From: an uncultured Flavobacteriaceae bacterium
Lineage (GTDB): Bacteria > Bacteroidota > Bacteroidia > NS11-12g > UBA955
DNA length: 64,000 bases
Assembly (NCBI GenBank): GCA_964586595.1
Contig: CAZPHB010000016.1
Span: forward strand, 39-64,038
Reading direction: 5' to 3'
The notes under the pieces were generated by a model, which was given only the letters and a program-made list of their open reading frames with translations, ran no database searches and had not been told where the DNA came from. Shown piece after piece: positions 19,533-29,340 of this stretch (positions are counted from its first letter, which is position 1; each line of letters opens with the position of its first letter). Made by a program: the position numbers and the translations under genes.

Positions 19533-20482
19533 GGGTTGAAATGCGATGAGGTGAGCGATTTGAGAAAGGCCACCAGGTCTGCCTGTTCCTGTGCGCTGAG
19601 GTTCAGGTTTGCCTTGATGAGCGGATCGCGGTTGATGGCACCGGGAACCTGGACATCCGGTTGGTTGTAATAGGCCACTACCGATTCAAGTGTGGGAAAT
19701 GCACCGTTGTGCATGTAGGGTGCGGTGAGCGTGAGGTTGCGCAATCCGGGCACGCGAAAACTGCCCAAATCTTCAGGCTTTCCGCTGATCCGGATGCGTC
19801 CGCTGTCATTCCAGTTCTTTCCGTTGAACAAGCCAATGTTGCGGTATTCATCCACCGTAAAATCGGGAGAAAAGTGACAATCGAAGCAGCCGGCCTTGCC
19901 AATGAACAGTTCACGGCCCCGTTGCGCGGCGGGGCTCAGCGCATTGCTGTCGCCGAACATGAATCGATCGAACGGCGCATCGTACCATTCCAGACTGCGT
20001 TCATAGGCGGCGATGGCTTTGGAGAGCAGCGCGGCTGAAGGGCTGGAGCGATAAATGTTTCGGAAGGCCGCTTTGTACACCGGATCCTGACGCAGGCGGG
20101 ATTCCACTTCGGCAGCAGTCATGCCCATTTCCACCGGATGCGTGACCGGATGCATCACCTGAGCCTCCAGGTTTTCGGCCCTGCCATCCCAGAACAGCAA
20201 GGTACGTGAAGACGCAGCAACCAATCCGGGCGTATTGCGCTGCGTGAAGCCGCCGTTGAAGCCTTTGGACAATGGCAGGGTATCTGAAAAGGCGCGGTTC
20301 GGAATATGACAGCCGGCGCAGCTCAGGCTTCTGTTCTTGCTCAGGATGGGGTCGAAGAAGAGCTTCCTTCCCAAGTCCACCTCGTTTTGCGGAATATCCT
20401 GATTGGACGCGAACAAGAATACCGATGCCAACCAAAGGCCCGGCACTGCCAGAAATAATCGTATGTGGACCCGGGTCCTCAA
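19529..20482 (-). CDS. ccp: di-heme cytochrome c peroxidase
   Basis: Two CxxCH heme motifs (CAGCH, CFDCH); signal peptide. Confidence 0.85.
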   Translation of the reverse strand: MRTRVHIRLFLAVPGLWLASVFLFASNQDIPQNEVDLGRKLFFDPILSKNRSLSCAGCHIPNRAFSDTLPLSKGFNGGFTQRNTPGLVAASSRTLLFWDGRAENLEAQVMHPVTHPVEMGMTAAEVESRLRQDPVYKAAFRNIYRSSPSAALLSKAIAAYERSLEWYDAPFDRFMFGDSNALSPAAQRGRELFIGKAGCFDCHFSPDFTVDEYRNIGLFNGKNWNDSGRIRISGKPEDLGSFRVPGLRNLTLTAPYMHNGAFPTLESVVAYYNQPDVQVPGAINRDPLIKANLNLSAQEQADLVAFLKSLTSSHFNP

Positions 20483-20683
20483 GTGGTTGCGAAATTACAA
20501 AACCTTCCTCCAGGAAACTTAAATTCAGGCATGGCAAAGAACGATGGCCTGACTTTACCCTGGGCTGCTGTTGCGCTGTTTTAGAACTGATTTACAGATG
20601 CCAAACCGACTAATTTATGCTGAAACAAACCGGATGGGCGCAAACCTATACAGGCAGAAAAATGCCAACTCCTTCAACATCCT

Positions 20684-21394
20684 TCAGCTGCCGCGGTCGT
20701 ATTTCCGCAGCAACTTCACAAACACTTCAAGGTCTTTCGGGTAAGGCGCCGTTGCTTCAACTTCGGTGCCATCGAGGGCTTTGAAGCGGATGGTATGGGC
20801 ATGCAGGGCGAAACGTTTGATGAGTGGCGAGTCTTCGCCATGAACATGTCTTTTGATGGAAGAAAGCAGATGTTCGCGGCCGCCATAGCGGGTATCGCAG
20901 GCAATGCGTGCATTTTGTGAGGCCAGATGTACCCTGATTTGGTGCATACGTCCGGTTTTCGGGCGGGCTTCCATGAGCGTGAAATGACGAAACAATTCCA
21001 AAGCAGAAAATACCGTCAGTGCCGGCTTTCCGCGTTTCTTGTCGATGCGGATGTGTTCGGCATCATCGGTATTGATGGGCAGATCGACCACAAAATCCTG
21101 TACCGGCAGTTGCCCTTCTACCACGCAGTGGTAAATTTTTGTTACGGTGCGTTGTTCAAACTGCAGCGCGAGGTTTCTGTAGGCTTCCGGATTGAGGGCG
21201 ATGACCATGGCACCTGAAGTTTCGCGATCCAGCCGATGACACAGCTGGGCATCCGGATATGCGACACGGGCCGCCTCCAGCACGCTGGGCACGCCACTGT
21301 CCTGCCGCTCATGCAGTGATGCCACATTGGGTGGCTTGTTGATCACCAGGTAATCGGCGTCTTCGCGGATGATCCACTCGCGGAACCTGTTCAT
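20684..21394 (-). CDS. RluA-family pseudouridine synthase
   Basis: 'HRLDRETSG' catalytic Asp motif; start chosen at MNRFREW, which gives an ATGN overlap with the upstream exonuclease gene. Confidence 0.8.
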   Translation of the reverse strand: MNRFREWIIREDADYLVINKPPNVASLHERQDSGVPSVLEAARVAYPDAQLCHRLDRETSGAMVIALNPEAYRNLALQFEQRTVTKIYHCVVEGQLPVQDFVVDLPINTDDAEHIRIDKKRGKPALTVFSALELFRHFTLMEARPKTGRMHQIRVHLASQNARIACDTRYGGREHLLSSIKRHVHGEDSPLIKRFALHAHTIRFKALDGTEVEATAPYPKDLEVFVKLLRKYDRGS

Positions 21395-22167
21395 GCCTGA
21401 TCGCTGCGCAGACTGAGTCGAATTCGGGTGAGCACCTGTTTGGTTTGCAGAGAGAACTCTCCGTTCATCATCCATTCATAGTATGAAGGCTCGTCGCGCA
21501 TCACCTGTTTCACCTTCTTGCCTTTATGCTTGCCGAAGTTGAAATACACCTCGCCATCGTTGCCGTAAACCATGCGTCCGGCAAGATCTGCACGGTCGTC
21601 CTGACCGCTGATTTTCTGGAGGTGTTCAACGGTTGGTTCCAGTTGCGGATAGCGGCTCAGCTGGGCGCATAGAATTTCCCAAGTTGCCTCGGTATCGGCG
21701 GCGGCACTGTGGGCATCTTTCAATTCTTTATTGCAATAAAATCGGTATGCCGCGCTGAGGTCACGCGGTTCCATGGCATGAAAAATGCGCATGGCATCGA
21801 CAAACTTCCGTTTTTCATATTCGAGGGAAATGCCACAACGCAGAAACTCTTCCACCAACATGGGAAAGTCGAAGCGGTTGCTGTTGAAGCCGGCAAAATC
21901 ACAATCGGCGAACCATTGATGGATTTCTCCTGCTTTATCCTTGAAGAAAGGCGCCTCACGCACATCGTCGTCGCTGATGCCGTGAATGGCGGTTGATTCA
22001 GGCGGAATGGGAACCCCGGGATTAAAACGATAATAGCGGCGTTCTTCTGTTTGGTCCGGCATTACACGAATCATAAACATATCGATGATGCGGTCGCGAC
22101 TGAAGTTCACACCGGTGGTTTCCAGGTCAAAAATTACCAGGGGCCTTTGTAGTTTTAAGTGTATCAT
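21391..22167 (-). CDS. DEDD-family 3'-5' exonuclease (DnaQ-like)
   Basis: 'VIFDLETTG' Exo I motif; 'HSAAADT' Exo III motif. Confidence 0.8.
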   Translation of the reverse strand: MIHLKLQRPLVIFDLETTGVNFSRDRIIDMFMIRVMPDQTEERRYYRFNPGVPIPPESTAIHGISDDDVREAPFFKDKAGEIHQWFADCDFAGFNSNRFDFPMLVEEFLRCGISLEYEKRKFVDAMRIFHAMEPRDLSAAYRFYCNKELKDAHSAAADTEATWEILCAQLSRYPQLEPTVEHLQKISGQDDRADLAGRMVYGNDGEVYFNFGKHKGKKVKQVMRDEPSYYEWMMNGEFSLQTKQVLTRIRLSLRSDQA

Positions 22168-22865
22168 AGCTGTTCATTCAAACCGTCCAACAGGTCGGGA
22201 CGTAGTTTTTGTGTTCTTTCATGGCTTTGTTCCATGCGCCAGGCGGCAATTTTTGCGTGGTCGCCGCTGAGCAGCACTTCCGGAACCTGCAAACCTGCAA
22301 AAAGTTCCGGGCGTGTATATACGGGAGGTGCGAGCAACTGATCCTGGAAGGTGTCAGAAAGTGCCGACTCTTCATTGCCCAATACGCCGGGCAGGAGGCG
22401 CACCACGGCATCAATCACGATGGCGGCTGCCAATTCGCCACCTGTAAGCACATAATCGCCCACGGAGATTTCTTTGGTAACATACAGGTCGCGGATGCGT
22501 TGATCGATGCCTTTGTAGTGGCCGCATAACAGGAGCAGGTTACCTGCCAGCGACAGGCGATTGGCAGCAGCCTGATTCAGGGTTTGGCCATCGGGCGTAA
22601 GGTAAATCACTTCATCGTAGCTGCGCTCCGATTTCAGTTGTTCGATGCAACGGCTGATGGGTTCGGCCATGAGTACCATACCGGCGCCTCCTCCAAAAGG
22701 GTAATCATCAATTTGACGGTACTTTCCGATGCCGAAATCATGCAGATTATGAACGACAATTTCTGCCAGTCCTTTATCCTGCGCGCGCTTCACGATGGAA
22801 TGATTCAATACCCCGTCAAGGATTCCGGGGACCGCCGAAATGACATCTATGCGCATGTGATTCAA
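22164..22865 (-). CDS. trmD: tRNA (guanine37-N1)-methyltransferase
   Basis: '[14 protein letters not shown]' SPOUT motif. Confidence 0.9.
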   Translation of the reverse strand: MNHMRIDVISAVPGILDGVLNHSIVKRAQDKGLAEIVVHNLHDFGIGKYRQIDDYPFGGGAGMVLMAEPISRCIEQLKSERSYDEVIYLTPDGQTLNQAAANRLSLAGNLLLLCGHYKGIDQRIRDLYVTKEISVGDYVLTGGELAAAIVIDAVVRLLPGVLGNEESALSDTFQDQLLAPPVYTRPELFAGLQVPEVLLSGDHAKIAAWRMEQSHERTQKLRPDLLDGLNEQL

Positions 22866-23365
22866 ATATCGAGAAAACCTTCAGGGAGTTGCACCATAAC
22901 TTTTTGCTCCCTGATGTTCTGCGATCTTACCAGTCCTTTGGGAATAAGTATTTCGCCCTGTTCCGCCCATACTACGAGCATGATTTGACCGGGAAAAGCT
23001 TCTACACGTGTGATGGCACCAATGAATCCGAGGGTTTCATCATACACCTTGCAGCCAACAAGGCTGATTTTGGATGGCTGTTGAACTTCCCCGCCCGGAA
23101 CGAGGATTTCACGATCTTCAAGGGCGCGGGCGGTTGCTTCGGAGGCAACGTGGTCCAGCCGCAACAGGCCGGAGTGTGCATCCCAGTATTCAACGAAAAA
23201 AGGAACCCCTTTTCCGTCATAGTTGACAAAAAGGAATTCCTTTTCTTGAATGGCTTCAGGGATTGATTCAGGGAGCAGTTGAACCCGCAAGGTTCCATCG
23301 AACCCATGCTTCCGTGCGATCCTGCCTATTTTTACCAGGCGGGGAATAACGCCGGGGTGCATCAC
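22862..23365 (-). CDS. rimM: ribosome maturation factor RimM
   Basis: RimM N-terminal '[15 protein letters not shown]' and PRC barrel; rpsP-rimM-trmD synteny. Confidence 0.85.
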   Translation of the reverse strand: MMHPGVIPRLVKIGRIARKHGFDGTLRVQLLPESIPEAIQEKEFLFVNYDGKGVPFFVEYWDAHSGLLRLDHVASEATARALEDREILVPGGEVQQPSKISLVGCKVYDETLGFIGAITRVEAFPGQIMLVVWAEQGEILIPKGLVRSQNIREQKVMVQLPEGFLDI

Positions 23366-23374
23366 TCCATGAAT

Positions 23375-23950
23375 TTATTCTGCAGCAGCTTCGGGGCTGT
23401 CGGCAGCAGTTTCGGGATTGTCGGCAGCAATTTCTTCGGTGGCCGGAATTTCTTCGGCTTCCGTTGCTTCTTCGCTCACCATTTCATTGGCAACGAGCAA
23501 TTTGGCTGCTACTTTCTCCGCGATTTGCTGACGCTTGACAGCTTCCTGCTTCATCAGGCCGGATTTGAGATCAGCTTTGGCAGAAGCAAGCTTGTTGCGC
23601 TTGGCTTCTACTTTGTTGGTCTTCTCTTCCAGCCATTTGCTGAATTTCTCGTCTGCCTGTTCCTGACTGATGGCGCCTTTGTTTACGCCTGTTTGCAGGT
23701 GGTGCTTGTACATAGCTCCTTTGTACGAGAGGATGGCACGGGCGGTATCCGTAGGTTGTGCACCTTTGAATAACCATTCCACTGCCTTGTCCAGGTTCAG
23801 GTCAATTGTTGCAGGGTTCGTTACAGGGTTGTACGATCCCAATTTAGAAATGAACCGGCCGTCTCTCGGAGCACGTGAATCCGCCACCACAATGTGGAAG
23901 AAGGCGCGCTTCTTCCTGCCGTGTCTTTGTAATCTGATCTTTACTGACAT
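23375..23950 (-). CDS. rpsP: 30S ribosomal protein S16 with long A/E/K-rich C-terminal extension
   Basis: 'MSVKIRLQRHGRKKRAFFHIVVADSRAPRDGRFI' S16 core; ~100-aa low-complexity tail. Confidence 0.9.
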   Translation of the reverse strand: MSVKIRLQRHGRKKRAFFHIVVADSRAPRDGRFISKLGSYNPVTNPATIDLNLDKAVEWLFKGAQPTDTARAILSYKGAMYKHHLQTGVNKGAISQEQADEKFSKWLEEKTNKVEAKRNKLASAKADLKSGLMKQEAVKRQQIAEKVAAKLLVANEMVSEEATEAEEIPATEEIAADNPETAADSPEAAAE

Positions 23951-24121
23951 TTAGTTTGGGTCTTTAAAGTCCCGGGGTCTCCATTTCCGGGGGTGCAAAT
24001 ATAGAGGAATTTTATGATGTATGCTCAGATCCCAAGAGAATGGATGTATCCTTGACTGCCCGGGCATTGGGCAGCTTGAATAAAATCGCACTCCATTCAC
24101 AAAACCCGAACAAGCAAATAT

Positions 24122-24505
24122 TTACAATGCGGCGGCGAGGTACGCGGAAAACTCCTGCTTCAGATCGGCAAAGATCTTCGCAAAGGTTTCCATGCGGTCG
24201 CGCAAACCGGCGTGATCCTGCGTGCGGCGGTGATCGGTTGCGATGTTGTTGGCTTTGGCTTCTTCAACAATGCGGTGTTCATCTTCGCGGATGTCGTGGA
24301 TCAACTCATCGATTACCTCCTGATGGCGGATGAACTGATTCTGAAAATGTTCCGCTTTTGAAGTGATTTCCAACTTGGTGTTGGCACGGAGCAATTCTGA
24401 CAACCTGTTCTCATAGGTTCTGATTTCATCGGATGCGAAGTTGAGCGTTTCCTGCCAGGCTTTGTGCTCGGCGTGCAGCTCGTGGATGTACTTGGTGTCG
24501 TTCAT
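24122..24505 (-). CDS. hypothetical His/Glu-rich all-helical protein (127 aa)
   Basis: ORF track; many HxxxE/H-containing heptads; no confident family assignment. Confidence 0.4.
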   Translation of the reverse strand: MNDTKYIHELHAEHKAWQETLNFASDEIRTYENRLSELLRANTKLEITSKAEHFQNQFIRHQEVIDELIHDIREDEHRIVEEAKANNIATDHRRTQDHAGLRDRMETFAKIFADLKQEFSAYLAAAL

Positions 24506-24524
24506 ATAATGTTTCTTTTGATGA

Positions 24525-25340
24525 TTAGTGAATGATTAAGAGTGGAATTTCAGTAGTTGTTGCCAAGGTTTTAGCCACACTTTTATGCAGCAGACGCTCG
24601 GACCATTCCCGATGCCGGGCTTGAACCACAAGCAGCGCTGCCTTTCTGCTTTTGGCTGCTTCCTGCAGTTCACGGGCCACACTTTCTCCGTTTACCTCCA
24701 AAAGTTCCAGGTTGAGGTTTCTGTTCACGTATTGCTGAAGCAATTTTTTGGGAAAAGACGACTCGGGCTTGTCACTGTTGCGCACATGGATGAATACTAT
24801 TTGAGGATGATCTGCAGCTGCGAACGCCAGCAACGACTCGGAAAGTGTTTCCTCCGAACCGCTGTAATCGGTGCCAAAGGCAAGCACATTCCAAGATGTC
24901 CACGAGGCCGATTCAGGCACCACCAACAAAGGCACAGAAAGGTGATTCACCATCAGTTCTGTATGGGTACCGGACAGGCGATCGAACCAGTTTTGGACCC
25001 CATGGGTACCCATCACCACCAAATCTGCCTGATGGTTTTGCACCTGATCATTCAAGGAACCGGATAAATCCCCTACAAGCACTGAAGTTTCCACCTTCAC
25101 GCCGTAATCGGCGCGGATGCTTCTTGCCATTGCCTCCAGGTCGGCACTGCTGGCAGCCATTTGTTCCCGCGAAGCGTCAAGGGTATAATAGGCTGGAACA
25201 TACGGATCCGGTATGGCGGCATTTACCGCATGCATCAGGTGCAGCGCACCGCCGTGCAGCGACATCATTTTAGCGGCATATTGCACCGCACGCGTTGACG
25301 CTTGAGAAAAATCAACCGGAATCAGAATGCACTTGAACAT
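24525..25340 (-). CDS. tandem universal stress protein (two UspA domains)
   Basis: 'ILIPVDFSQAS' start of the first Usp domain; 'VMGTHG' ATP-binding-like motif; second domain 'VVPES'. Confidence 0.75.
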   Translation of the reverse strand: MFKCILIPVDFSQASTRAVQYAAKMMSLHGGALHLMHAVNAAIPDPYVPAYYTLDASREQMAASSADLEAMARSIRADYGVKVETSVLVGDLSGSLNDQVQNHQADLVVMGTHGVQNWFDRLSGTHTELMVNHLSVPLLVVPESASWTSWNVLAFGTDYSGSEETLSESLLAFAAADHPQIVFIHVRNSDKPESSFPKKLLQQYVNRNLNLELLEVNGESVARELQEAAKSRKAALLVVQARHREWSERLLHKSVAKTLATTTEIPLLIIH

Positions 25341-25397
25341 CAGGCACAAAGTACCCGCTGCTGCTTAAATCCGGTGGTGAGCAATATCAAAGAAACT

Positions 25398-25411
25398 GTT
25401 GAGTGATGTCA
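25398..25411. promoter_or_regulatory. candidate FNR/Crp-type box TTGAG-N4-GTCAA ~55 bp upstream of the usp start
   Basis: ttgagtgatgtcaa read directly; resembles the TTGAT-N4-ATCAA FNR consensus (two inner mismatches); position fits a class II site. Confidence 0.3.
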
Positions 25412-26113
25412 ATGTGCGGGGCGGCAACAAGATGGTTTCTGCGATGCTGTTTCAAAGGCCGGGCTGATTCCGGGAATACCGAGGCCGGCGCCCTTCAGAA
25501 TAAAAAACACTGCTATCACCGCGAGGGGAATGGTTTTCCACCATTTGCTGCGCAGGTATTGCTTCAACGGTTTTGGCGCCAGTCGATTCCAGGATGCCGC
25601 AAACATCAGCACGGGCGCATTGGCCAAACCAAACAAAGCCATAAACAACAATCCATGCTGCCAGGAAGCGGTGGCCATAGCTCCGGCGGCGGCGGCATAA
25701 ACCAAACCGCAGGGCAGCAAGCCATTGAAAAACCCCAACAAAAGCATCCCGGCGGCACTTCCCGCCCTGATGCCGGCAAAGCGGCTCACCGAAGCAAAAA
25801 CGCGGGCGAAGGCCGTTCCGGAGACGGCTTTTGCAGAAAACAGCAAACTTGCCAGGATGACGAGACCGGCAAACATCATCAGCCAACGCTGCACAAGCAC
25901 CATAGATGCGAGCTGACCCACAGCCCCCATGAGCACTCCGATGAACATGTATCCTGCGATCCTTCCGCTGTGGTGCAACAGCATTTGCCGAAACAGGCTG
26001 TTCCATCCGGCATGCGCCGCGCCAATACCTGCCATCAGCGGACCGCACATTCCCAGGCAGTGCATGCTGCCCGCCAGGCCTGTGGCCAGCGCAGCAAAGT
26101 AAAAACTGTTCAT
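25409..26113 (-). CDS. TauE/SafE-DsbD_2-like membrane protein associated with cbb3 assembly clusters
   Basis: Polytopic membrane protein with 'SMHCLGMCGP' motif; directly downstream of ccoH with a 4-bp overlap. Confidence 0.55.
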   Translation of the reverse strand: MNSFYFAALATGLAGSMHCLGMCGPLMAGIGAAHAGWNSLFRQMLLHHSGRIAGYMFIGVLMGAVGQLASMVLVQRWLMMFAGLVILASLLFSAKAVSGTAFARVFASVSRFAGIRAGSAAGMLLLGFFNGLLPCGLVYAAAAGAMATASWQHGLLFMALFGLANAPVLMFAASWNRLAPKPLKQYLRSKWWKTIPLAVIAVFFILKGAGLGIPGISPAFETASQKPSCCRPAH

Positions 26114-26544
26114 GGTATCAGGATTTCCTGTTCGTGGAGGTATGGCTTACCGGCTGAATACCATTCGCACTGGAATTTCCAGAGCCCGTGCTGTCGGCCT
26201 TCCCAAGACACAAATTGGGTATCCTGAGCGGCATTCAGACGCAACGCGAAATCTTTCTTCAGGTTGCTGGGACGAAGTACCCGAAGATTTCCTGAATCGG
26301 GCAGGTTGGCAACCCTGAACACCAGACGCACCATTCGCTGTGCCGGATCCCAGCGCAGCTCAACACCTTTACCGGGTGCGGCGGCGTGGCTCAGGCGTTG
26401 CAGCTTTTCGTCGTACTTATTTCCCTGCTCGTAATACGAAGACTCTTCCAAACCGTCGCCGTGGCGCACCATCATGGAAATGAGCAAGCCAATAAACCCC
26501 ATAAAGAGCAGCATGGCGATGATGATTCCTTTCCCCCAATTCAT
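26110..26544 (-). CDS. ccoH: cbb3 oxidase assembly protein CcoH/FixH-like
   Basis: Single N-terminal TM + periplasmic domain, ~144 aa, position between ccoG and the TauE-like gene. Confidence 0.6.
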   Translation of the reverse strand: MNWGKGIIIAMLLFMGFIGLLISMMVRHGDGLEESSYYEQGNKYDEKLQRLSHAAAPGKGVELRWDPAQRMVRLVFRVANLPDSGNLRVLRPSNLKKDFALRLNAAQDTQFVSWEGRQHGLWKFQCEWYSAGKPYLHEQEILIP

Positions 26545-26553
26545 GGCTTTTCG

Positions 26554-27954
26554 TCAATCAAAAACAGGACCGTTAAAGAACAGTTTCACCCTGTTCATTT
26601 CTTTATTTTCTGCGGAAACCAAGACCTGAAAGGGCATGGTGTTTTCTTTAATATCGGATTGTTTCATGTGCACAATAACAGGAAGCGACAGGTGCTCACC
26701 TCCTTTAATATCGATGTGATCGCTCAGCAGCTGAATGCGCGCAGGAATTCCATCCAGCGATACCTGAACCTTCATGTTGTGGAAGGTTTTATTCGTGAGT
26801 TTCAGCAAGAAAAAGTTGGCCACCGTACCATCTTGCTGACGCACAAACGTGGTTCCTGGCGTTCTCAGCACGGAGGCCTGCAAATCCTTACGCAGCGCCA
26901 AAAGTGTGGCAAAAACACCAAACAGCACCACGAAAAATGCGGTGTAGGCTTTCATTCTTGAGGAATAGGTAAACCCGTTGCGGGCAACAATTTGGTTTTC
27001 GCTGGCATAACGAATCAAACCTGGCGGCTTGTTGATTTTGTGCATCACGCTGTCGCAGGCATCCATGCAGGCGGTGCAGGCCACACATTCCAGCTGTGTG
27101 CCGTTGCGGATGTCAATACCGGCTGGGCAAACTTCCACACACAGTCCGCAATCAACACAGTCGCCCTTCCCTGCTGCCGTTTGGCCTTTAACCAGGTGGC
27201 CCCGCGGTTCTCCGCGTTGATGGTCGTAGGCAACCACCACGGAATGCTGGTCCAGCAGTACGCCCTGCAAACGACCGTACGGACAAATCATGATGCACAC
27301 CAATTCACGAAGCTTGGCAAACACCAGGTAGAACACTGTGGTAAACACCAGAATGCTTACAAAGCCGCCCGTATGCAGGGCAATGGGTTCGGTGATGATG
27401 TTCAGCAGGGCATCTGAACCAATCAGGTAGGCAAGGAAGGTATTGGCAATCAGGAAGGAAATAAGCCAGAACAAGGTATGCTTGGCGGTTTTCTTCCAAA
27501 TTTTTCGAAGGTTCAGCGGACCTTCATCCAGCTTTTTTTGTGCCGCGGCATTGCCTTCAATCCAGTTTTCGACGCGGCGAAACACCATTTCCATGAACAC
27601 GGTTTGTGGACAAACCCAGCCGCAGAACAGTCTGCCAAAGATGCTGGTAAACAGCATGATGAATACAATGAACGAGAGTAGTCCGAGGGCCAGCAGGTAA
27701 AAATCCTGCGGAAAAAATGGGATACCGGCAATAATGAACTTCCGTTCCAGTACGTTGAACAGGAACAGCGGATGTCCGTTCCAACGGAGCCAGGGACCTA
27801 TGAACAGCAACAGCAGCAAGGCCGCGCTGAACCATGACCTGTACCGGTAAAAGCGCCCTGCGATAATCTTGGGGTATATCCAGGTTCTTTTACCGGTACG
27901 CTGGTTTACGTTGCTCAGGTGTTCCCTGAAATCTGAAGTGTCTTTTTTGGCCAT
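26554..27954 (-). CDS. ccoG: cbb3 oxidase accessory 4Fe-4S protein CcoG/FixG
   Basis: Ferredoxin motifs 'CVDCGLCVEVCP' and 'CVACTACMDAC'; 5 TM N-terminal half. Confidence 0.85.
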   Translation of the reverse strand: MAKKDTSDFREHLSNVNQRTGKRTWIYPKIIAGRFYRYRSWFSAALLLLLFIGPWLRWNGHPLFLFNVLERKFIIAGIPFFPQDFYLLALGLLSFIVFIMLFTSIFGRLFCGWVCPQTVFMEMVFRRVENWIEGNAAAQKKLDEGPLNLRKIWKKTAKHTLFWLISFLIANTFLAYLIGSDALLNIITEPIALHTGGFVSILVFTTVFYLVFAKLRELVCIMICPYGRLQGVLLDQHSVVVAYDHQRGEPRGHLVKGQTAAGKGDCVDCGLCVEVCPAGIDIRNGTQLECVACTACMDACDSVMHKINKPPGLIRYASENQIVARNGFTYSSRMKAYTAFFVVLFGVFATLLALRKDLQASVLRTPGTTFVRQQDGTVANFFLLKLTNKTFHNMKVQVSLDGIPARIQLLSDHIDIKGGEHLSLPVIVHMKQSDIKENTMPFQVLVSAENKEMNRVKLFFNGPVFD

Positions 27955-27966
27955 TGTCGGCGCCTG

Positions 27967-29133
27967 TTATGGGCGCAGGATGTTGGTTATTGCAGCGGTT
28001 ACGGTGGTATCGTTTGCGGCGGCAGGGATGTATTTTTCACCTTGTGGCGCCTTTGGATTCGGAGGGTTGCTTCCCTGCAGGCTCAACACGTAAGATGAAA
28101 TAAGTTGAATTTGCGAAGGCTTCAGCACTCCTTCAAACTTTTGCATGCCGTTGGGCGTACCGTGACGGATGGTTTTGAAGAGGTTTTTCACATCGCCTCC
28201 GTAAATCCAGTATTCATCGGTAAGGTTTGGCCCAACCAGTCCTTCTGCATTCTTGCCGTGACAAACGGCGCAGTTCTTAGCATACACGGCAGCCATTGCA
28301 TCGAGCTTCGACTTGTCGGTAATGAGCGTTACGTTGGTTTCGTCCACTTTTTCAGCGGCACTGGCCAGCATCGCCTGTTCTTTTGCCTCGGCAGCCTTCA
28401 TCTCCACGGCATACTCCTGTTCCTGGCGCAGGCCCTGATCGGTCCATTGGTAGCGCACCATGTACACCACACCGAATAGAATGCTCGAATAAAACAGGTA
28501 CATAAACCACGGTGGAGGCGGATTATCCAATTCTCGGATGCCGTCGAAATCGTGGTTCAGGTCCACTTCCTTATCGGTTGCTGAAGACCTGATTTGCAAG
28601 AGCCTGGTCCAGAATCCTTCCGTTGCAGCTTCAGGAGCAGCTTCTTTGCCCAATACCAATTGTGCGCCTTTGCTCAGACCGTTTACGGCGTTGTACATAA
28701 ACACCGCACCCAGGCCAATCGCCATACTGCACACTTTAATGCCCCACCAGATCCAGGCGGTACGCACTTTTGATTTCAGCACTTCTTCCCCGCCGGCCCA
28801 GAACACCATCATCAGCACGGCAATGGCAGCCACAAGCACAACGGTGAGGTACAAGCGCAATACCTTCATGCGTAAGGCAGGAAACTGTGCTTCCCAGAAA
28901 GCACTTTGTTCACCCTGTCGCCTGAAGGCCGTGTACACCTGAACCCTGTTCAGTAAATCAACCGACAGGAACAAAGCAAAGATGGCGATGGCGAAAAACA
29001 ACAGCCACCAGTTAGAGATACTTGCCCCTGAAGGGTTGAGCTTTTCGAGGAAACCGGGCACCACCATGGCACCGAGTCCTCCCAGCAGCAATATCCCAAT
29101 AAGGGGAAACATGATATTCAGAATGCGTTTCAT
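27967..29133 (-). CDS. ccoP: cbb3-type cytochrome c oxidase subunit CcoP-like (membrane-anchored c-type cytochrome; one CxxCH visible)
   Basis: 'CAVCHGKNAEG...M' heme c motif; N-terminal membrane domain; position after ccoNO-ccoQ. Confidence 0.7.
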   Translation of the reverse strand: MKRILNIMFPLIGILLLGGLGAMVVPGFLEKLNPSGASISNWWLLFFAIAIFALFLSVDLLNRVQVYTAFRRQGEQSAFWEAQFPALRMKVLRLYLTVVLVAAIAVLMMVFWAGGEEVLKSKVRTAWIWWGIKVCSMAIGLGAVFMYNAVNGLSKGAQLVLGKEAAPEAATEGFWTRLLQIRSSATDKEVDLNHDFDGIRELDNPPPPWFMYLFYSSILFGVVYMVRYQWTDQGLRQEQEYAVEMKAAEAKEQAMLASAAEKVDETNVTLITDKSKLDAMAAVYAKNCAVCHGKNAEGLVGPNLTDEYWIYGGDVKNLFKTIRHGTPNGMQKFEGVLKPSQIQLISSYVLSLQGSNPPNPKAPQGEKYIPAAANDTTVTAAITNILRP

Positions 29134-29140
29134 AGCTTTT

Positions 29141-29326
29141 TCAAAGATTTAGGTCCATTTCATTTGGTTCATCAGCAAGCGGCGTCATGCGCATGTGCTC
29201 GGCATGGCTGCGGCTCATCCTGACCAGATAGATACACACCGCAGTAAAAAACAGCAGGAAAATCATCAGGGAGAGCACCAGCCATACGTCCACGCCTTCC
29301 AGTCTGCCAATCATTTTGTTCATCAT
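29141..29326 (-). CDS. ccoQ: small membrane protein, CcoQ-like
   Basis: 61 aa, one TM, located between ccoNO and ccoP. Confidence 0.45.
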   Translation of the reverse strand: MMNKMIGRLEGVDVWLVLSLMIFLLFFTAVCIYLVRMSRSHAEHMRMTPLADEPNEMDLNL

Positions 29327-29340
29327 AGCGAATTGCGTAA

